A stretch of DNA of 64,000 bases from Eledone cirrhosa (GCA_964016885.1 OZ024742.1:373922001-373986000), one strand, 5' to 3'; positions 27,969 to 43,700 are shown, counted from the stretch's first letter. Made by a program: numbers and translations. Notes: a model not told the origin generated them from the letters alone.

Positions 27969-30900
27969 TTTTTGTAGTGACACTAATACAACCCCTTTAC
28001 AGTGTGAACTGAGCACTTTTTGTCATCACACCAACACAACCTCTTTACAGTGTGAACTGAGCACTTTTTGTCATGACACCAACACAACCTCTTTTCAGTA
28101 TGGACTGAGCACTTTTTGTCATGACACTAACACATCCTCTTTACAGTGTGAACTGAGCGCTTTTTGTCATGACAGCAACACAACCTCTTTACAGTGTGGA
28201 CTGAGCCTTTTTCGTCATGAAACCAACACAACCTCGTTACAGTGTTGACTGAGCGCTTTTTGTCATGATACCAACACAATCTCGTTACAGTGTGAACTGA
28301 GCACTTTTTCTCATGACACCAACCCAACCTCTTTACAGTGTGAACTGAGCACTTTTTGTCATGACACCAACATAGCCTCTTTACAGTGTAGACTGAACAC
28401 TTTTTGTCATGACAACAACACAACCTCGATACAGTGTAGACTGAGCACTTTTTGTCATGACACCAACACAACCTCTTTACAGTGTGGACTGAGCGCTTTT
28501 TGTAGTGACACTAATACAACCTCTTTACAGTGTGAACTGAGCACTTTTTGTCATGACACCAACACAACCTCGATACAGTGTAAACTGAGCACTTTTTGTC
28601 ATGACACCAACACAACCTCGATACAGTGTAGACTGAGCACTTTTTGTCATGACACCGAACACAACCTCTTTACAGCGTGGACTGAGCACTTTTTGTCATA
28701 ACACCAACACAGCCTCTTTACAGTGTGGACTGAGCACTTTTTGTCATGACACCAACACAGCCTGTTACAGTGTGAACTGAGCACTTTTTGTCATGATACC
28801 AACACAACCTCTTTACAGTGTGGACTGAGCACTTTTTGTCATGACACCAACACAACCTCTTTACAGTGTGGACTGAGCACTTTTTGTCATGACATCAACA
28901 CAACCTCTTTACAGTGTGAACTGAGCGCTTTTTGTAGTGACACCAACACAACCTCTTTACAGTGTGAACTGAGCACTTTTTTTCATGACACTAAGACAAC
29001 CTCTTTACAGTGTGAACTGAGCACTTTTTGTCATGACACCAACACAACCTCTTTACAATGTGAACTGATCACTTTTTGTCATGATACCAACACCTCTTTA
29101 CAGTGTGAACTGAGCACTTTTTGTCATGATACCAACAAAACCTCTTTACAGTGTGAACTGAGCGCTTTTTGTCATGACAGCAACACAACCGCTTTACAGT
29201 GTGGACTGAGCCTTTTTCGTCATGAAACCAACACAACCTCGTTACAGTGTGGACTGAGCGCTTTTTGTCATGATACCAACACAATCTCGTTACAGTGTAG
29301 ACTGAGCACTTATTTTCATGACACCAACACAGCCTCTTTACAGTGTGAACTGAGCACTTTTTGTCATGACACCAACACAGCCTGTTTACAGTGTGAACTG
29401 AGCAGTTTTTGTCATGACATCAACACAACCTCTTTACAGTGTGGACTGAGCGCTTTTCGTCACGACATCAACACAACCTCTTTACAGTGTGGACTGAGTG
29501 TTTTTTGTCATGACACAAACACAACCTCTTTACAATTTTGGACTGAGCACTTTTTGTCATGACACCAACGCAGCCTCTTTTCAGTGTGGACTGAGTGCTT
29601 TTTCTCATGACACCAACACAGCCTCTTTACAGTGTGAACTGAGCATTTTTGTAGTGACACTAATACAACCCCTTTACAGTGTGAACTGAGCACTTTTTGT
29701 CATCACACCAACACAACCTCTTTACAGTGTGAACTGAGCACTTTTTGTCATGACACCAACACAACCTCTTTTCAGTATGGACTGAGCACTTTTTGTCATG
29801 ACACTAACACATCCTCTTTACAGTGTGAACTGAGCGCTTTTTGTCATGACAGCAACACAACCTCTTTACAGTGTGGACTGAGCCTTTTTCGTCATGAAAC
29901 CAACACAACCTCGTTACAGTGTGGACTGAGCGCTTTTTGTCATGATACCAACACAATCTCGTTACAGTGTGAACTGAGCACTTTTTCTCATGACACCAAC
30001 CCAACCTCTTTACAGTGTGAACTGAGCACTTTTTGTCATGACACCAACATAGCCTCTTTACAGTGTAGACTGAACACTTTTTGTCATGACAACAACACAA
30101 CCTCGATACAGTGTAGACTGAGCACTTTTTGTCATGACACCAACACAACCTCTTTACAGTGTGGACTGAGCGCTTTTTGTAGTGACACTAATACAACCTC
30201 TTTACAGTGTGAACTGAGCACTTTTTGTCATGACACCAACACAACCTCGATACAGTGTAAACTGAGCACTTTTTGTCATGACACCAACACAACCTCGATA
30301 CAGTGTAGACTGAGCACTTTTTGTCATGACACCGAACACAACCTCTTTACAGCGTGGACTGAGCACTTTTTGTCATAACACCAACACAGCCTCTTTACAG
30401 TGTGGACTGAGCACTTTTTGTCATGACACCAACACAGCCTGTTACAGTGTGAACTGAGCACTTTTTGTCATGATACCAACACAACCTCTTTACAGTGTGG
30501 ACTGAGCACTTTTTGTCATGACACCAACACAACCTCTTTACAGTGTGGACTGAGCACTTTTTGTCATGACATCAACACAACCTCTTTACAGTGTGAACTG
30601 AGCGCTTTTTGTAGTGACACCAACACAACCTCTTTACAGTGTGAACTGAGCACTTTTTTTCATGACACTAAGACAACCTCTTTACAGTGTGAACTGAGCA
30701 CTTTTTGTCATGACACCAACACAACCTCTTTACAATGTGAACTGATCACTTTTTGTCATGATACCAACACCTCTTTACAGTGTGAACTGAGCACTTTTTG
30801 TCATGATACCAACAAAACCTCTTTACAGTGTGAACTGAGCGCTTTTTGTCATGACAGCAACACAACCGCTTTACAGTGTGGACTGAGCCTTTTTCGTCAT

Positions 30901-31329
30901 GAAACCAACACAACCTCGTTACAGTGTGGACTGAGCGCTTTTTGTCATGATACCAACACAATCTCGTTACAGTGTAGACTGAGCACTTATTTTCATGACA
31001 CCAACACAGCCTCTTTACAGTGTGAACTGAGCACTTTTTGTCATGACACCAACACAGCCTGTTTACAGTGTGAACTGAGCAGTTTTTGTCATGACATCAA
31101 CACAACCTCTTTACAGTGTGGACTGAGCGCTTTTTGTCACGACATCAACACAACCTCTTTACAGTGTGGACTGAGTGTTTTTTGTCATGACACAAACACA
31201 ACCTCTTTACAATTTTGGACTGAGCACTTTTTGTCATGACACCAACGCAGCCTCTTTTCAGTGTGGACTGAGTGCTTTTTCTCATGACACCAACACAGCC
31301 TCTTTACAGTGTGAACTGAGCATTTTTGT
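27969..31329. repeat. Tandem duplication, 1,677-bp period; a third partial copy lies at ~32185-33250
   Basis: ORF pairs 28127/29804, 29069/30746 and 29498/31175. A third copy of the 114-aa ORF lies at 32343. Confidence 0.9.
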
Positions 31330-32699
31330 CATGATACCAACACAACCTCTTTACAGTGTGAACTGAGCACTTTTTGTCATGACACCAACACAACTTCTTT
31401 ACAGTGTGAACTGAGCACTTTTTGTCATGACATCAACACATCCTCTTTACAGTGTGAACTGAGCACTTTTTGTCATGACATCAACACACCCTCTTTACAG
31501 TGTGGACTGAGGACTTTTTGTTATGAGATCAACACAACCTCTTTCCAGTGTGAACTGAGCACTTTTTATCATGACACCAACACAACCTCTTTACAGTGTG
31601 AACTGAGCACTTTTTGTCATGACATCAACACAACATCTTTACAGTGTGAACTGAGCACTTTTGTCATGACACCAACACAACCTCTATACAGTGTAGACTG
31701 AGCACTTTTTGTCATGACACCAACACAGCCTCTTTACAGTGTGGACTGAGGACTTTTTGTTATGAGATCAACACAACCTCTTTCCAGTGTGAACTGAGCA
31801 CTTTTTATCATGACACCAACACAACCTCTTTACAGTGTGAACTGAGCACTTTTTGTCATGACATCAACACAACATCTTTACAGTGTGAACTGAGCACTTT
31901 TGTCATGACACCAACACAACCTCTATACAGTGTAAACTGACCATTTTTTGTCATGACACCAAAACAACATCTTTACAGTGTGGGCTGAGCACTTTTTGTC
32001 ATAACAGCAACACAACGTCGATACAGTGTAGACTGAGCACTTTTTGTCATGACACCAACACAACCTCGATAGAGTGTGGACTGAGCACTTTTTGTCATGA
32101 CACCAACACAGCCTGTTTACAGTGTGAACTGAGCACTTTTTGTCATGACATCAACACAACCTCTTTACAGTGTGAACTGAGCGCTTTTTGTAGTGACACT
32201 AATACAACCCCTTTACAGTGTGAACTGAGCACTTTTTGTCATCACACCAACACAACCTCTTTACAGTGTGAACTGAGCACTTTTTGTCATGACACCAACA
32301 AAACCTCTTTTCAGTATGGACTGAGCACTTTTTGTCATAACACTAACACATCCTCTTTACAGTGTGAACTGAGCGCTTTTTGTCATGACAGCAACACAAC
32401 CTCTTTACAGTGTGGACTGAGCCTTTTTCGTCATGAAACCAACACAACCTCGTTACAGTGTGGACTGAGCGCTTTTTGTCATGATACCAACACAATCTCG
32501 TTACAGTGTGAACTGAGCACTTTTTCTCATGACACCAACCCAACCTCTTTACAGTGTGAACTGAGCACTTTTTGTCATGACACCAACATAGCCTCTTTAC
32601 AGTGTAGACTGAACACTTTTTGTCATGACAACAACACAACCTCGATACAGTGTAGACTGAGCACTTTTTGTCATGACACCAACACAACCTCTTTACAGT

Positions 32700-35500
32700 G
32701 TGGACTGAGCGCTTTTTGTAGTGACACTAATACAACCTCTTTACAGTGTGAACTGAGCACTTTTTGTCATGACACCAACACAACCTCGATACAGTGTAGA
32801 CTGAGCACTTTTTGTCATGACACCAACACAACCTCGATACAGTGTAGACTGAGCACTTTTTGTCATGACACCGAACAGAACCTCTTTACAGCGTGGACAG
32901 AGCACTTTTTGTCATGACACCAACACAGCGTCTTTACAGTGTGGACTGAGCAATTTTTGTCATGACACCAACACAGCCTGTTACAGTGTGAACTGAGCAC
33001 TTTTTGTCATGATACCAACACAACCTCTTTACAGTGTGGACTGAGCACTTTTTGTCATGACACCAACACAACCTCTTTACAGTGTGGACTGAGCACTTTT
33101 TGTCATGACATCAACACAACCTCTTTACAGTGTGAACTGAGCGCTTTTTGTAGTGACACCAACACAACCTCTTTACAGTGTGAACTGAGCACTTTTTTTC
33201 ATGACACTAAGACAACCTCTTTACAGTGTGAACTGAGCACTTTTTGTCATGACAGCAACACAACCGCTTTACAGTGTGGACTGAGCCTTTTTCGTCATCA
33301 AACCAACACAACCTCGTTACAGTGTGGACTGAGCGCTTTTTGTCATGATACCAACACAATCTCGTTACAGTGTGAACTGAGCACTTTTTCTCATGACACC
33401 AACCCAACCTCTTTACAGTGTGAACTGAGCACTTTTTGTCATGACACCAACATAGCCTCTTTACAGTGTAGACTGAACACTTTTTGTCATGACAACAACA
33501 CAACCTCGATACAGTGTAGACTGAGCACTTTTTTTCATGACACCAACACAGCCTCTTTACAGTGTGAACTGAGCACTTTTTGTCATGACACCAACACAGC
33601 CTGTTTACAGTGTGAACTGAGCACTTTTTGTCATGACATCAACACAACCTCTTTACAGTGTGGACTGAGCGCTTTTTGTCACGACATCAACACAACCTCT
33701 TTACAGTGTGGACTGAGTGTTTTTTGTCATGACACCGAACACAACCTCTTTACAATTTTGGACTGGGCACTTTTTGTCATGACACCAACGCAGCCTCTTT
33801 TCAGTGTGGACTGAGTGCTTTTTGTCATGACACCAACACAGCCTCTTTACAGTGTGGACTGAGCGCTTTTTGTCATGATACCAACACAACCTCTTTACAG
33901 AGTGGACTGAGCGCTTTTTGTCATGACAGCAACACAGCCTCTTTACAGTGTGGAGTGAGCGCTTTTTGTCATGACACCAACACAATCTCGTTACAGTGTG
34001 AACTGAGCACTTTTTGTCATGAAACCAACACAACCTCGTTACAGTGTGGACTGAGCGCTTTTTGTCATGATACCAACACAATCTCGTTACAGTGTGAACT
34101 GAGCACTTTTTCTCATGACACCAACCCAACCTCTTTACAGTGTGGACTGAGCGCTTTTTGTCATGACACCAGCATAGCCTCGTTAGAGTGTGGACTGGGG
34201 GCTTTTTTCATGACAACAACACAACCTCGATACAGTGTAGACTGAGCACTTTTTTTCATGACACCAACACAGCCTCTTTACAGTGTGAACTGAGCACTTT
34301 TTTCATGACACCAACACAACCTCTTTACAGTGTGGACTGAGGGCTTTTTGTAGTGACACTAATACAACCTCTTTACAGTGTGAACTGAGCACTTTTTGTC
34401 ATGTCACCAACACAACCTCGATACAGTGTAGACTGGGCACTTTTTGTCATGACACCAACACAACCTCGATACAGTGTAGACTGAGCACTTTTTGTCATGA
34501 CACCGTACACAACCTCTTTACAGTGTGGACTGAGCACTTTTTGTCATGACACCAACACAGCCTCTTTACAGTGTGGACTGAGCACTTTTTGTCATGACAC
34601 CAACACAGCCTGTTACAGTGTGAACTGAGCACTTTTTGTCATGATACCAACACAACCTCTTTACAGTGTGGACTGAGCACTTTTTGTCATGACACCAACA
34701 CAACCTCTTTACAGTGTGGACTGAGCACTTTTTGTCATGACATCAACACAACGTCTTTACAGTGTGAACTGAGCGCTTTTTGTAGTGACACCAACACAAC
34801 CTCTTTACAGTGTGAACTGAGCACTTTTTTTCATGACACTAAGACAACCTCTTTACAGTGTGAACTGAGCACTTTTTGTCATGACAGCAACACAACCGCT
34901 TTACAGTGTGGACTGAGCCTTTTTCGTCATCAAACCAACACAACCTCGTTACAGTGTGGACTGAGCGCTTTTTGTCATGATACCAACACAATCTCGTTAC
35001 AGTGTGAACTGAGCACTTTTTCTCATGACACCAACCCAACCTCTTTACAGTGTGAACTGAGCACTTTTTGTCATGACACCAACATAGCCTCTTTACAGTG
35101 TAGACTGAACACTTTTTGTCATGACAACAACACAACCTCGATACAGTGTAGACTGAGCACTTTTTTTCATGACACCAACACAGCCTCTTTACAGTGTGAA
35201 CTGAGCACTTTTTGTCATGACACCAACACAGCCTGTTTACAGTGTGAACTGAGCACTTTTTGTCATGACATCAACACAACCTCTTTACAGTGTGGACTGA
35301 GCGCTTTTTGTCACGACATCAACACAACCTCTTTACAGTGTGGACTGAGTGTTTTTTGTCATGACACCGAACACAACCTCTTTACAATTTTGGACTGAGC
35401 ACTTTTTGTCATGACACCAACGCAGCCTCTTTTCAGTGTGGACTGAGTGCTTTTTGTCATGACACCAACACAGCCTCTTTACAGTGTGGACTGAGCGCTT
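32700..35500. repeat. Duplication with 1,632-bp offset
   Basis: Identical ORFs 33207/34839 and related ORFs 33701/35333. The shared variant TTTTTCGTCATCAAACC occurs at ~33290 and ~34920. Confidence 0.8.
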
Positions 35501-38500
35501 TTTGTCATGAAACCAACACAACCTCGTTACAGTGTGGACTGAGCGCTTTTTGTCATGATACCAACACAATCTCGTTACAGTGTGAACTGAGCACTTTTTC
35601 TCATGACACCAACCCAACCTCTTTACAGTGTGGACTGAGCGCTTTTTGTCATGACAGCAACACAGCCTCTTTACAGTGTGGAGTGAGCGCTTTTTGTCAT
35701 GACACCAACACAGCCTCTTTACAGTGTGGACTGAGCGCTTTTTGTCATAACACCAACACAACCTCTTTACAGTGTGAACTCAGCACTTTTTGTCATGAAA
35801 CCAACACAACCTCGTTACAGTGTGGACTGAGCGCTTTTTGTCATGATACCAACACAATCTCGTTACAGTGTGAACTGAGCACTTTTTCTCATGACACCAA
35901 CCCAACCTCTTTACAGTGTGGACTGAGCGCTTTTTGTCATGACACCAACATAGCCTCGTTAGAGTGTGGACTGGGGGCTTTTTTCATGACAACAACACAA
36001 CCTCGATACAGTGTAGACTGAGCACTTTTTTTCATGACACCAACACAGCCTCTTTACAGTGTGAACTGAGCACTTTTTTCATGACACCAACACAACCTCT
36101 TTACAGTGTGGACTGAGGGCTTTTTGTAGTGACACTAATACAACCTCTTTACAGTGTGAACTGAGCACTTTTTGTCATGTCACCAACACAACCTCGATAC
36201 AGTGTAGACTGGGCACTTTTTGTCATGACACCAACACAACCTCGATACAGTGTAGACTGAGCACTTTTTGTCATGACACCGAACACAACCTCTTTACAGT
36301 GTGGACTGAGCACTTTTTGTCATGACACCAACACAGCCTCTTTACAGTGTGGACTGAGCACTTTTTGTCATGACACCAACACAGCCTGTTACAGTGTTAA
36401 CTGAGCACTTTTTGTCATGATACCAACACAACCTCTTTACAGTGTGGACTGAGCACTTTTTGTCATGACACCAACACAACCTCTTTACAGTGTGGACTGA
36501 GCACTTTTTGTCATGACATCAACACAACCTCTTTACAGTGTGAACTGAGCGCTTTTTGTAGTGACACCAACACAACCTCTTTACAGTGTGAACTGAGCAC
36601 TTTTTTTCATGACACTAAGACAACCTCTTTACAGTGTGAACTGAGCACTTTTTGTCATGACACCAACACAACCTCTTTACAATGTGAACTGATCACTTTT
36701 TGTCATGATACCAACACCTCTTTACAGTGTGAACTGAGCACTTTTTGTCATGATACCAACACAACCTCTTTACAGTGTGATCTGAGCACTTTTTGTCATG
36801 ATACCAACACAACCTCTTTACAGTCTGGACAGAGCGCTTTTTGTCATGACACCAACACAGCCTCTTTACAGTGTGAACTGAGCACTTTTTGTCTGACACC
36901 AACACAATCTCGATACAGTGTGAACTGAGCACTTTTTGTCATGACACCAACACAATCTCTGTACAGTGTGGGCTGAGCACTTTTTGTCATGACACCAACA
37001 CAGCCTCTTTACAGTGTGGTCTGAGCACTTTTTGTCATGACACCAACACAACCTATTACAGTGTAAACTGAGCATTTTTTGTCATGACACCAACACAGCC
37101 TGTTACAGTGTGAACTGAGCACTTTTTGTCATGACACCAACACAGCCTCTTTACAGTGTGGACTGAGCGCTTTTTGTAGTGACACTAATACAACCTCTTT
37201 CCAGTGTGAACTGAGCACTTTTTGTCATGACACCAACACAACCTCGATACAATGTAGACTGAGCACTTTTTGTCATGACACCAACACAACCTCGATACAG
37301 TGTAGACTGAGCACTTTTTGTCATGAAACCAACACAACCTCTTTACAGTGTGGACTGAGCACTTTTTGTCATGACACCAACACAGCCTCTTTACAGTGTG
37401 GACTGAGCACTTTTTGTCATGACACCAACACAGCCTGTTACAGTGTGAACTGAGCACTTTTTGTCATGATACCAACACAACCTCTTTACAGTGTGGACTG
37501 AGCACTTTTTGTCATGACACCAACACAACCTCTTTACAGTGTGGACTGAGCACTTTTTGTCATGACACCAACACAGCCTGTTACAGTGTGAACTGAGCAC
37601 TTTTTGTCATGATACCAACACAACCTCTTTACAGTGTGGACTGAGCACTTTTTTTCATGACACTAAGACAACCTCTTTACAGTGTGAACTGAGCACTTTT
37701 TGTCATGACAGCAACACAACCGCTTTACAGTGTGGACTGAGCCTTTTTCGTCATCAAACCAACACAACCTCGTTACAGTGTGGACTGAGCGCTTTTTGTC
37801 ATGATACCAACACAATCTCGTTACAGTGTGAACTGAGCACTTTTTCTCATGACACCAACCCAACCTCTTTACAGTGTGAACTGAGCACTTTTTGTCATGA
37901 CACCAACATAGCCTCTTTACAGTGTAGACTGAACACTTTTTGTCATGACAACAACACAACCTCGATACAGTGTAGACTGAGCACTTTTTTTCATGACACC
38001 AACACAGCCTCTTTACAGTGTGAACTGAGCACTTTTTGTCATGACACCAACACAGCCTGTTTACAGTGTGAACTGAGCACTTTTTGTCATGACATCAACA
38101 CAACCTCTTTACAGTGTGGACTGAGCGCTTTTTGTCACGACATCAACACAACCTCTTTACAGTGTGGACTGAGTGTTTTTTGTCATGACACCGAACACAA
38201 CCTCTTTACAATTTTGGACTGAGCACTTTTTGTCATGACACCAACACAGCCTGTTTACAGTGTGAACTGAGCACTTTTTGTCATGACATCAACACAACCT
38301 CTTTACAGTGTGGACTGAGCGCTTTTTGTCACGACATCAACACAACCTCTTTTCAGTGTGGACTGAGTGCTTTTTGTCATGACACCAACACAGCCTCTTT
38401 ACAGTGTGGACAGAGCGCTTTTTGTCATGATACCAACACAACCTCTTTACAGAGTGGACTGAGCGCTTTTTGTCATGACAGCAACACAGCCTCTTTACAG

Positions 38501-40765
38501 TGTGGAGTGAGCGCTTTTTGTCATGACACCAACACAGCCTCTTTACAGTGTGGACTGAGCGCTTTTTGTCATAACACCAACACAACCTCTTTACAGTGTG
38601 AACTCAGCACTTTTTGTCATGAAACCAACACAACCTCGTTACAGTGTGGACTGAGCGCTTTTTGTCATGATACCAACACAATCTCGTTACAGTGTGAACT
38701 GAGCACTTTTTCTCATGACACCAACCCAACCTCTTTACAGTGTGGACTGAGCGCTTTTTGTCATGACAGCAACACAGCCTCTTTACAGTGTGGAGTGAGC
38801 GCTTTTTGTCATGACACCAACACAGCCTCTTTACAGTGTGGACTGAGCGCTTTTTGTCATAACACCAACACAACCTCTTTACAGTGTGAACTCAGCACTT
38901 TTTGTCATGAAACCAACACAACCTCGTTACAGTGTGGACTGAGCGCTTTTTGTCATGATACCAACACAATCTCGTTACAGTGTGAACTGAGCACTTTTTC
39001 TCATGACACCAACCCAACCTCTTTACAGTGTGGACTGAGCGCTTTTTGTCATGACACCAACATAGCCTCGTTAGAGTGTGGACTGGGGGCTTTTTTCATG
39101 ACAACAACACAACCTCGATACAGTGTAGACTGAGCACTTTTTTTCATGACACCAACACAGCCTCTTTACAGTGTGAACTGAGCACTTTTTTCATGACACC
39201 AACACAACCTCTTTACAGTGTGGACTGAGGGCTTTTTGTAGTGACACTAATACAACCTCTTTACAGTGTGAACTGAGCACTTTTTGTCATGTCACCAACA
39301 CAACCTCGATACAGTGTAGACTGGGCACTTTTTGTCATGACACCAACACAACCTCGATACAGTGTAGACTGAGCACTTTTTGTCATGACACCGAACACAA
39401 CCTCTTTACAGTGTGGACTGAGCACTTTTTGTCATGACACCAACACAGCCTCTTTACAGTGTGGACTGAGCACTTTTTGTCATGACACCAACACAGCCTG
39501 TTACAGTGTTAACTGAGCACTTTTTGTCATGATACCAACACAACCTCTTTACAGTGTGGACTGAGCACTTTTTGTCATGACACCAACACAACCTCTTTAC
39601 AGTGTGGACTGAGCACTTTTTGTCATGACATCAACACAACCTCTTTACAGTGTGAACTGAGCGCTTTTTGTAGTGACACCAACACAACCTCTTTACAGTG
39701 TGAACTGAGCACTTTTTTTCATGACACTAAGACAACCTCTTTACAGTGTGAACTGAGCACTTTTTGTCATGACACCAACACAACCTCTTTACAATGTGAA
39801 CTGATCACTTTTTGTCATGATACCAACACCTCTTTACAGTGTGAACTGAGCACTTTTTGTCATGATACCAACACAACCTCTTTACAGTGTGATCTGAGCA
39901 CTTTTTGTCATGATACCAACACAACCTCTTTACAGTCTGGACAGAGCGCTTTTTGTCATGACACCAACACAGCCTCTTTACAGTGTGAACTGAGCACTTT
40001 TTGTCTGACACCAACACAATCTCGATACAGTGTGAACTGAGCACTTTTTGTCATGACACCAACACAATCTCTGTACAGTGTGGGCTGAGCACTTTTTGTC
40101 ATGACACCAACACAGCCTCTTTACAGTGTGGTCTGAGCACTTTTTGTCATGACACCAACACAACCTATTACAGTGTAAACTGAGCATTTTTTGTCATGAC
40201 ACCAACACAGCCTGTTACAGTGTGAACTGAGCACTTTTTGTCATGACACCAACACAGCCTCTTTACAGTGTGGACTGAGCGCTTTTTGTAGTGACACTAA
40301 TACAACCCCTTTCCAGTGTGAACTGAGCACTTTTTGTCATGACACCAACACAACCTCGATACAATGTAGACTGAGCACTTTTTGTCATGACACCAACACA
40401 ACCTCGATACAGTGTAGACTGAGCACTTTTTGTCATGAAACCAACACAACCTCTTTACAGTGTGGACTGAGCACTTTTTGTCATGACACCAACACAGCCT
40501 CTTTACAGTGTGGACTGAGCACTTTTTGTCATGACACCAACACAGCCTGTTACAGTGTGAACTGAGCACTTTTTGTCATGATACCAACAAAACCTCTTTA
40601 CAGTGTGGACTGAGCACTTTTTGTCATGACACCAACACAACCTCTTTACAGTGTGGACTGAGCACTTTTTGTCATGACACCAACACAGCCTGTAACAGTG
40701 TGAACTGAGCACTTTTTGTCATGATACCAACACAACCTCTTTACAGTGTGGACTGAGCACTTTTT
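34820..40765. repeat. Tandem duplication of a ~2.8-3.1 kb unit (offset 2,824 then 3,112 bp, a difference of 288 bp or 6 monomers)
   Basis: ORF pairs 34839/37663 and 35683/38507 (offset 2824). ORF pairs 36693/39805, 36866/39978 and 37185/40297 (offset 3112). Confidence 0.85.
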
Positions 40766-43700
40766 GTCATGACACCAACACAACCTCTTTACAGTGTGGA
40801 CTGAGCACTTTTTGTCATGACATCAACACAAACTCTTTACAGTGTGAACTGAGCGCTTTTTGTAGTGACACCAACACAACCTCTTTACAGTGTGAACTGA
40901 GCACTTTTTTTCATGACACTAAGACAACCTCTTTACAGTGTGAACTGAGCACTTTTTGTCATGACACCAACACAACCTCTTTACAATGTGAACTGATCAC
41001 TTTTTGTCATGATACCAACACCTCTTTACAGTGTGAACTGAGCACTTTTTGTCATGATACCAACAAAACCTCTTTACAGTGTGAACTGAGCGCTTTTTGT
41101 CATGTCAGCAACACAACCGCTTTACAGTGTGGACTGAGCCTTTTTGGTCATGAAACCAACACAACCTCGTTACAGTGTGGACTGAGCGCTTTTTATCATG
41201 ATACCAACACAATCTCGTTACAGTGTGAACTGAGCACTTTTTCTCATGACACCAACCCAACCTCGATACAGTGTAGACTGAGCACTTTTTTTCATGACAC
41301 CAACACAGCCTCTTTACAGTGTGAACTGAGCACTTTTTGTCATGACACCAACACAGCCTGTTTACAGTGTGAACTGAGCACTTTTTGTCATGACATCAAC
41401 ACAACCTCTTTACAGTGTGGACTGAGCGCTTTTTGTCACAACATCAACACAACCTCTTTACAGTGTGGACTGAGTGTTTTTTGTCATGACACAAACACAA
41501 CCTCTTTACAATTTTGGACTGAGCACTTTTTGTCATGACACCAACGCAGCCTCTTTTCAGTGTGGACTGAGTGCTTTTTGTCATGAAACCAACACAGCCT
41601 CTTTACAGTGTGGACTGAGCGCTTTTTGTCATGATACCAACACAACCTCTTTACAGTGTGGACTGAGCGATTTTTGTCATGACAGCAACACAGCTTCTTT
41701 ACAGTGTGGAGTGAGCGCTTTTTGTCATGACACCAACACAGCCTCTTTACAGTGTGGACTGAGCGCTTTTTGTCATAAAACCAACACAACCTCTTTACAG
41801 TGTGAACTGAGCACTTTTTGTCATGAAACCAACACAACCTCGTTACAGTGTGGACTGAGCGCTTTTTGTCATGATACCAACACAATCTCGTTACAGTGTG
41901 AACTGAGCACTTTTTCTCATGACACCAACCCAACCTCTTTACAGTGTGAACTGAGCACTTTTTGTCATGATACCAACACAACCTCTTTACAGTGTGGACT
42001 GAGCACTTTTTGTCATGACACCAACACAACCTCTTTACAGTGTGGACTGAGCACTTTTTGTCATGACATCAACACAACCTCTTTACAGTGTGAACTGAGC
42101 GCTTTTTGTAGTGACACCAACACAACCTCTTTACAGTGTGAACTGAGCACTTTTTGTCATGACACCAACACAACCTCTTTTCAGTGTGGACTGAGCGCTT
42201 TTTGTCATGACACCAACATAGCCTCGTTAGAGTGTGGACTGAGGGCTTTTTTCATGACACCAACACAACCTCTTTACAGTGTGGACTGAGCACTTTTTGT
42301 CAATACATCAACACAACCTCTTTACAGTGTGAACTGAGCGCTTTTTGTAGTGACACCAACACAACCTCTTTACAGTGTGAACTGAGCACTTTTTTTCATG
42401 ACACTAAGCCAACCTCTTTACAGTGTGAACTGAGCACTTTTTGTCATGACACCAACACAACCTCTTTACAATGTGAACTGATCACTTTTTGTCATGATAC
42501 CTACACCTCTTTACAATGTGAACTGAGCACTTTTTGTCATGATACCAACAAAACCTCTTTACAGTGTGAACTGAGCGCTTTTTGTCATGTCAGCAACACA
42601 AGCGCTTTACAGTGTGGACTGAGCCTTTTTCGTCATGAAACCAACACAACCTCGTTACAGTGTGGACTGAGCGCTTTTTGTCATGATACCAACACAATCT
42701 CGTTACAGTGTGAACTGAGCACTTTTTCTCATGACACCAACCCAACCTCTTTACAGTGTGAACTGAGCACTTTTTGTCATGACACCAACATAGCCTCTTT
42801 AGAGTGTAGACTGAACACTTTTTGTCATGACAACAACACAATCTCGATACAGTGTAGACTGAGCACTTTTTTTCATGACACCAACACAGCCTCTTGACAG
42901 TGTGAACTGAGCACTTTTTGTCATGACACCAACACAGCCTGTTTACAGTGTGAACTGAGCACTTTTTGTCATGACATCAATACAACCTCTTTACAGTGTG
43001 GACTGAGCGCTTTTTGTCACGACATCAACACAACCTCTTTACAGTGTGGACTGAGTGTTTTTTGTCATGACACAAACACAACCTCTTTACAATTTTGGAC
43101 TGAGCACTTTTTGTCATGACACCAACGCAGCCTCTTTTCAGTGTGGACTGAGTGCTTTTTGTCATGACACCAACACAGCCTCTTTACAGTGTGGACTGAG
43201 CACTTTTTGTCATGATACCAACACAACCTGTTTACAGTGTGGACTGAGCGCTTTTTGTCATGACAGCAACACAGCCTCTTTACAGTGTGGAGTGAGCGCT
43301 TTTTGTCATGACACCAACACAGCCTCTTTACAGTGTGGACTGAGCGCTTTTTGTCATAACACCAACACAACCTCTTTACAGTGTGAACTGAGCACTTTTT
43401 GTCATGAAACCAACACAACCTCGTTACAGTGTGGACTGAGCGCTTTTTGTCATGATACCAACACAATCTCGTTACAGTGTGAACTGAGCGCTTTTTGTCA
43501 TGTCAGCAACACAAGCGCTTTACAGTGTGGACTGAGCCTTTTTCGTCATGAAACCAACACAACCTCGTTACAGTGTGGACTGAGCGCTTTTTGTCATGAT
43601 ACCAACACATTCTCGTTACAGTGTGAACTGAGCACTTTTTCTCATGACACCAACCCAACCTCTTTACAGTGTGAACTGAGCACTTTTTGTCATGACACCA

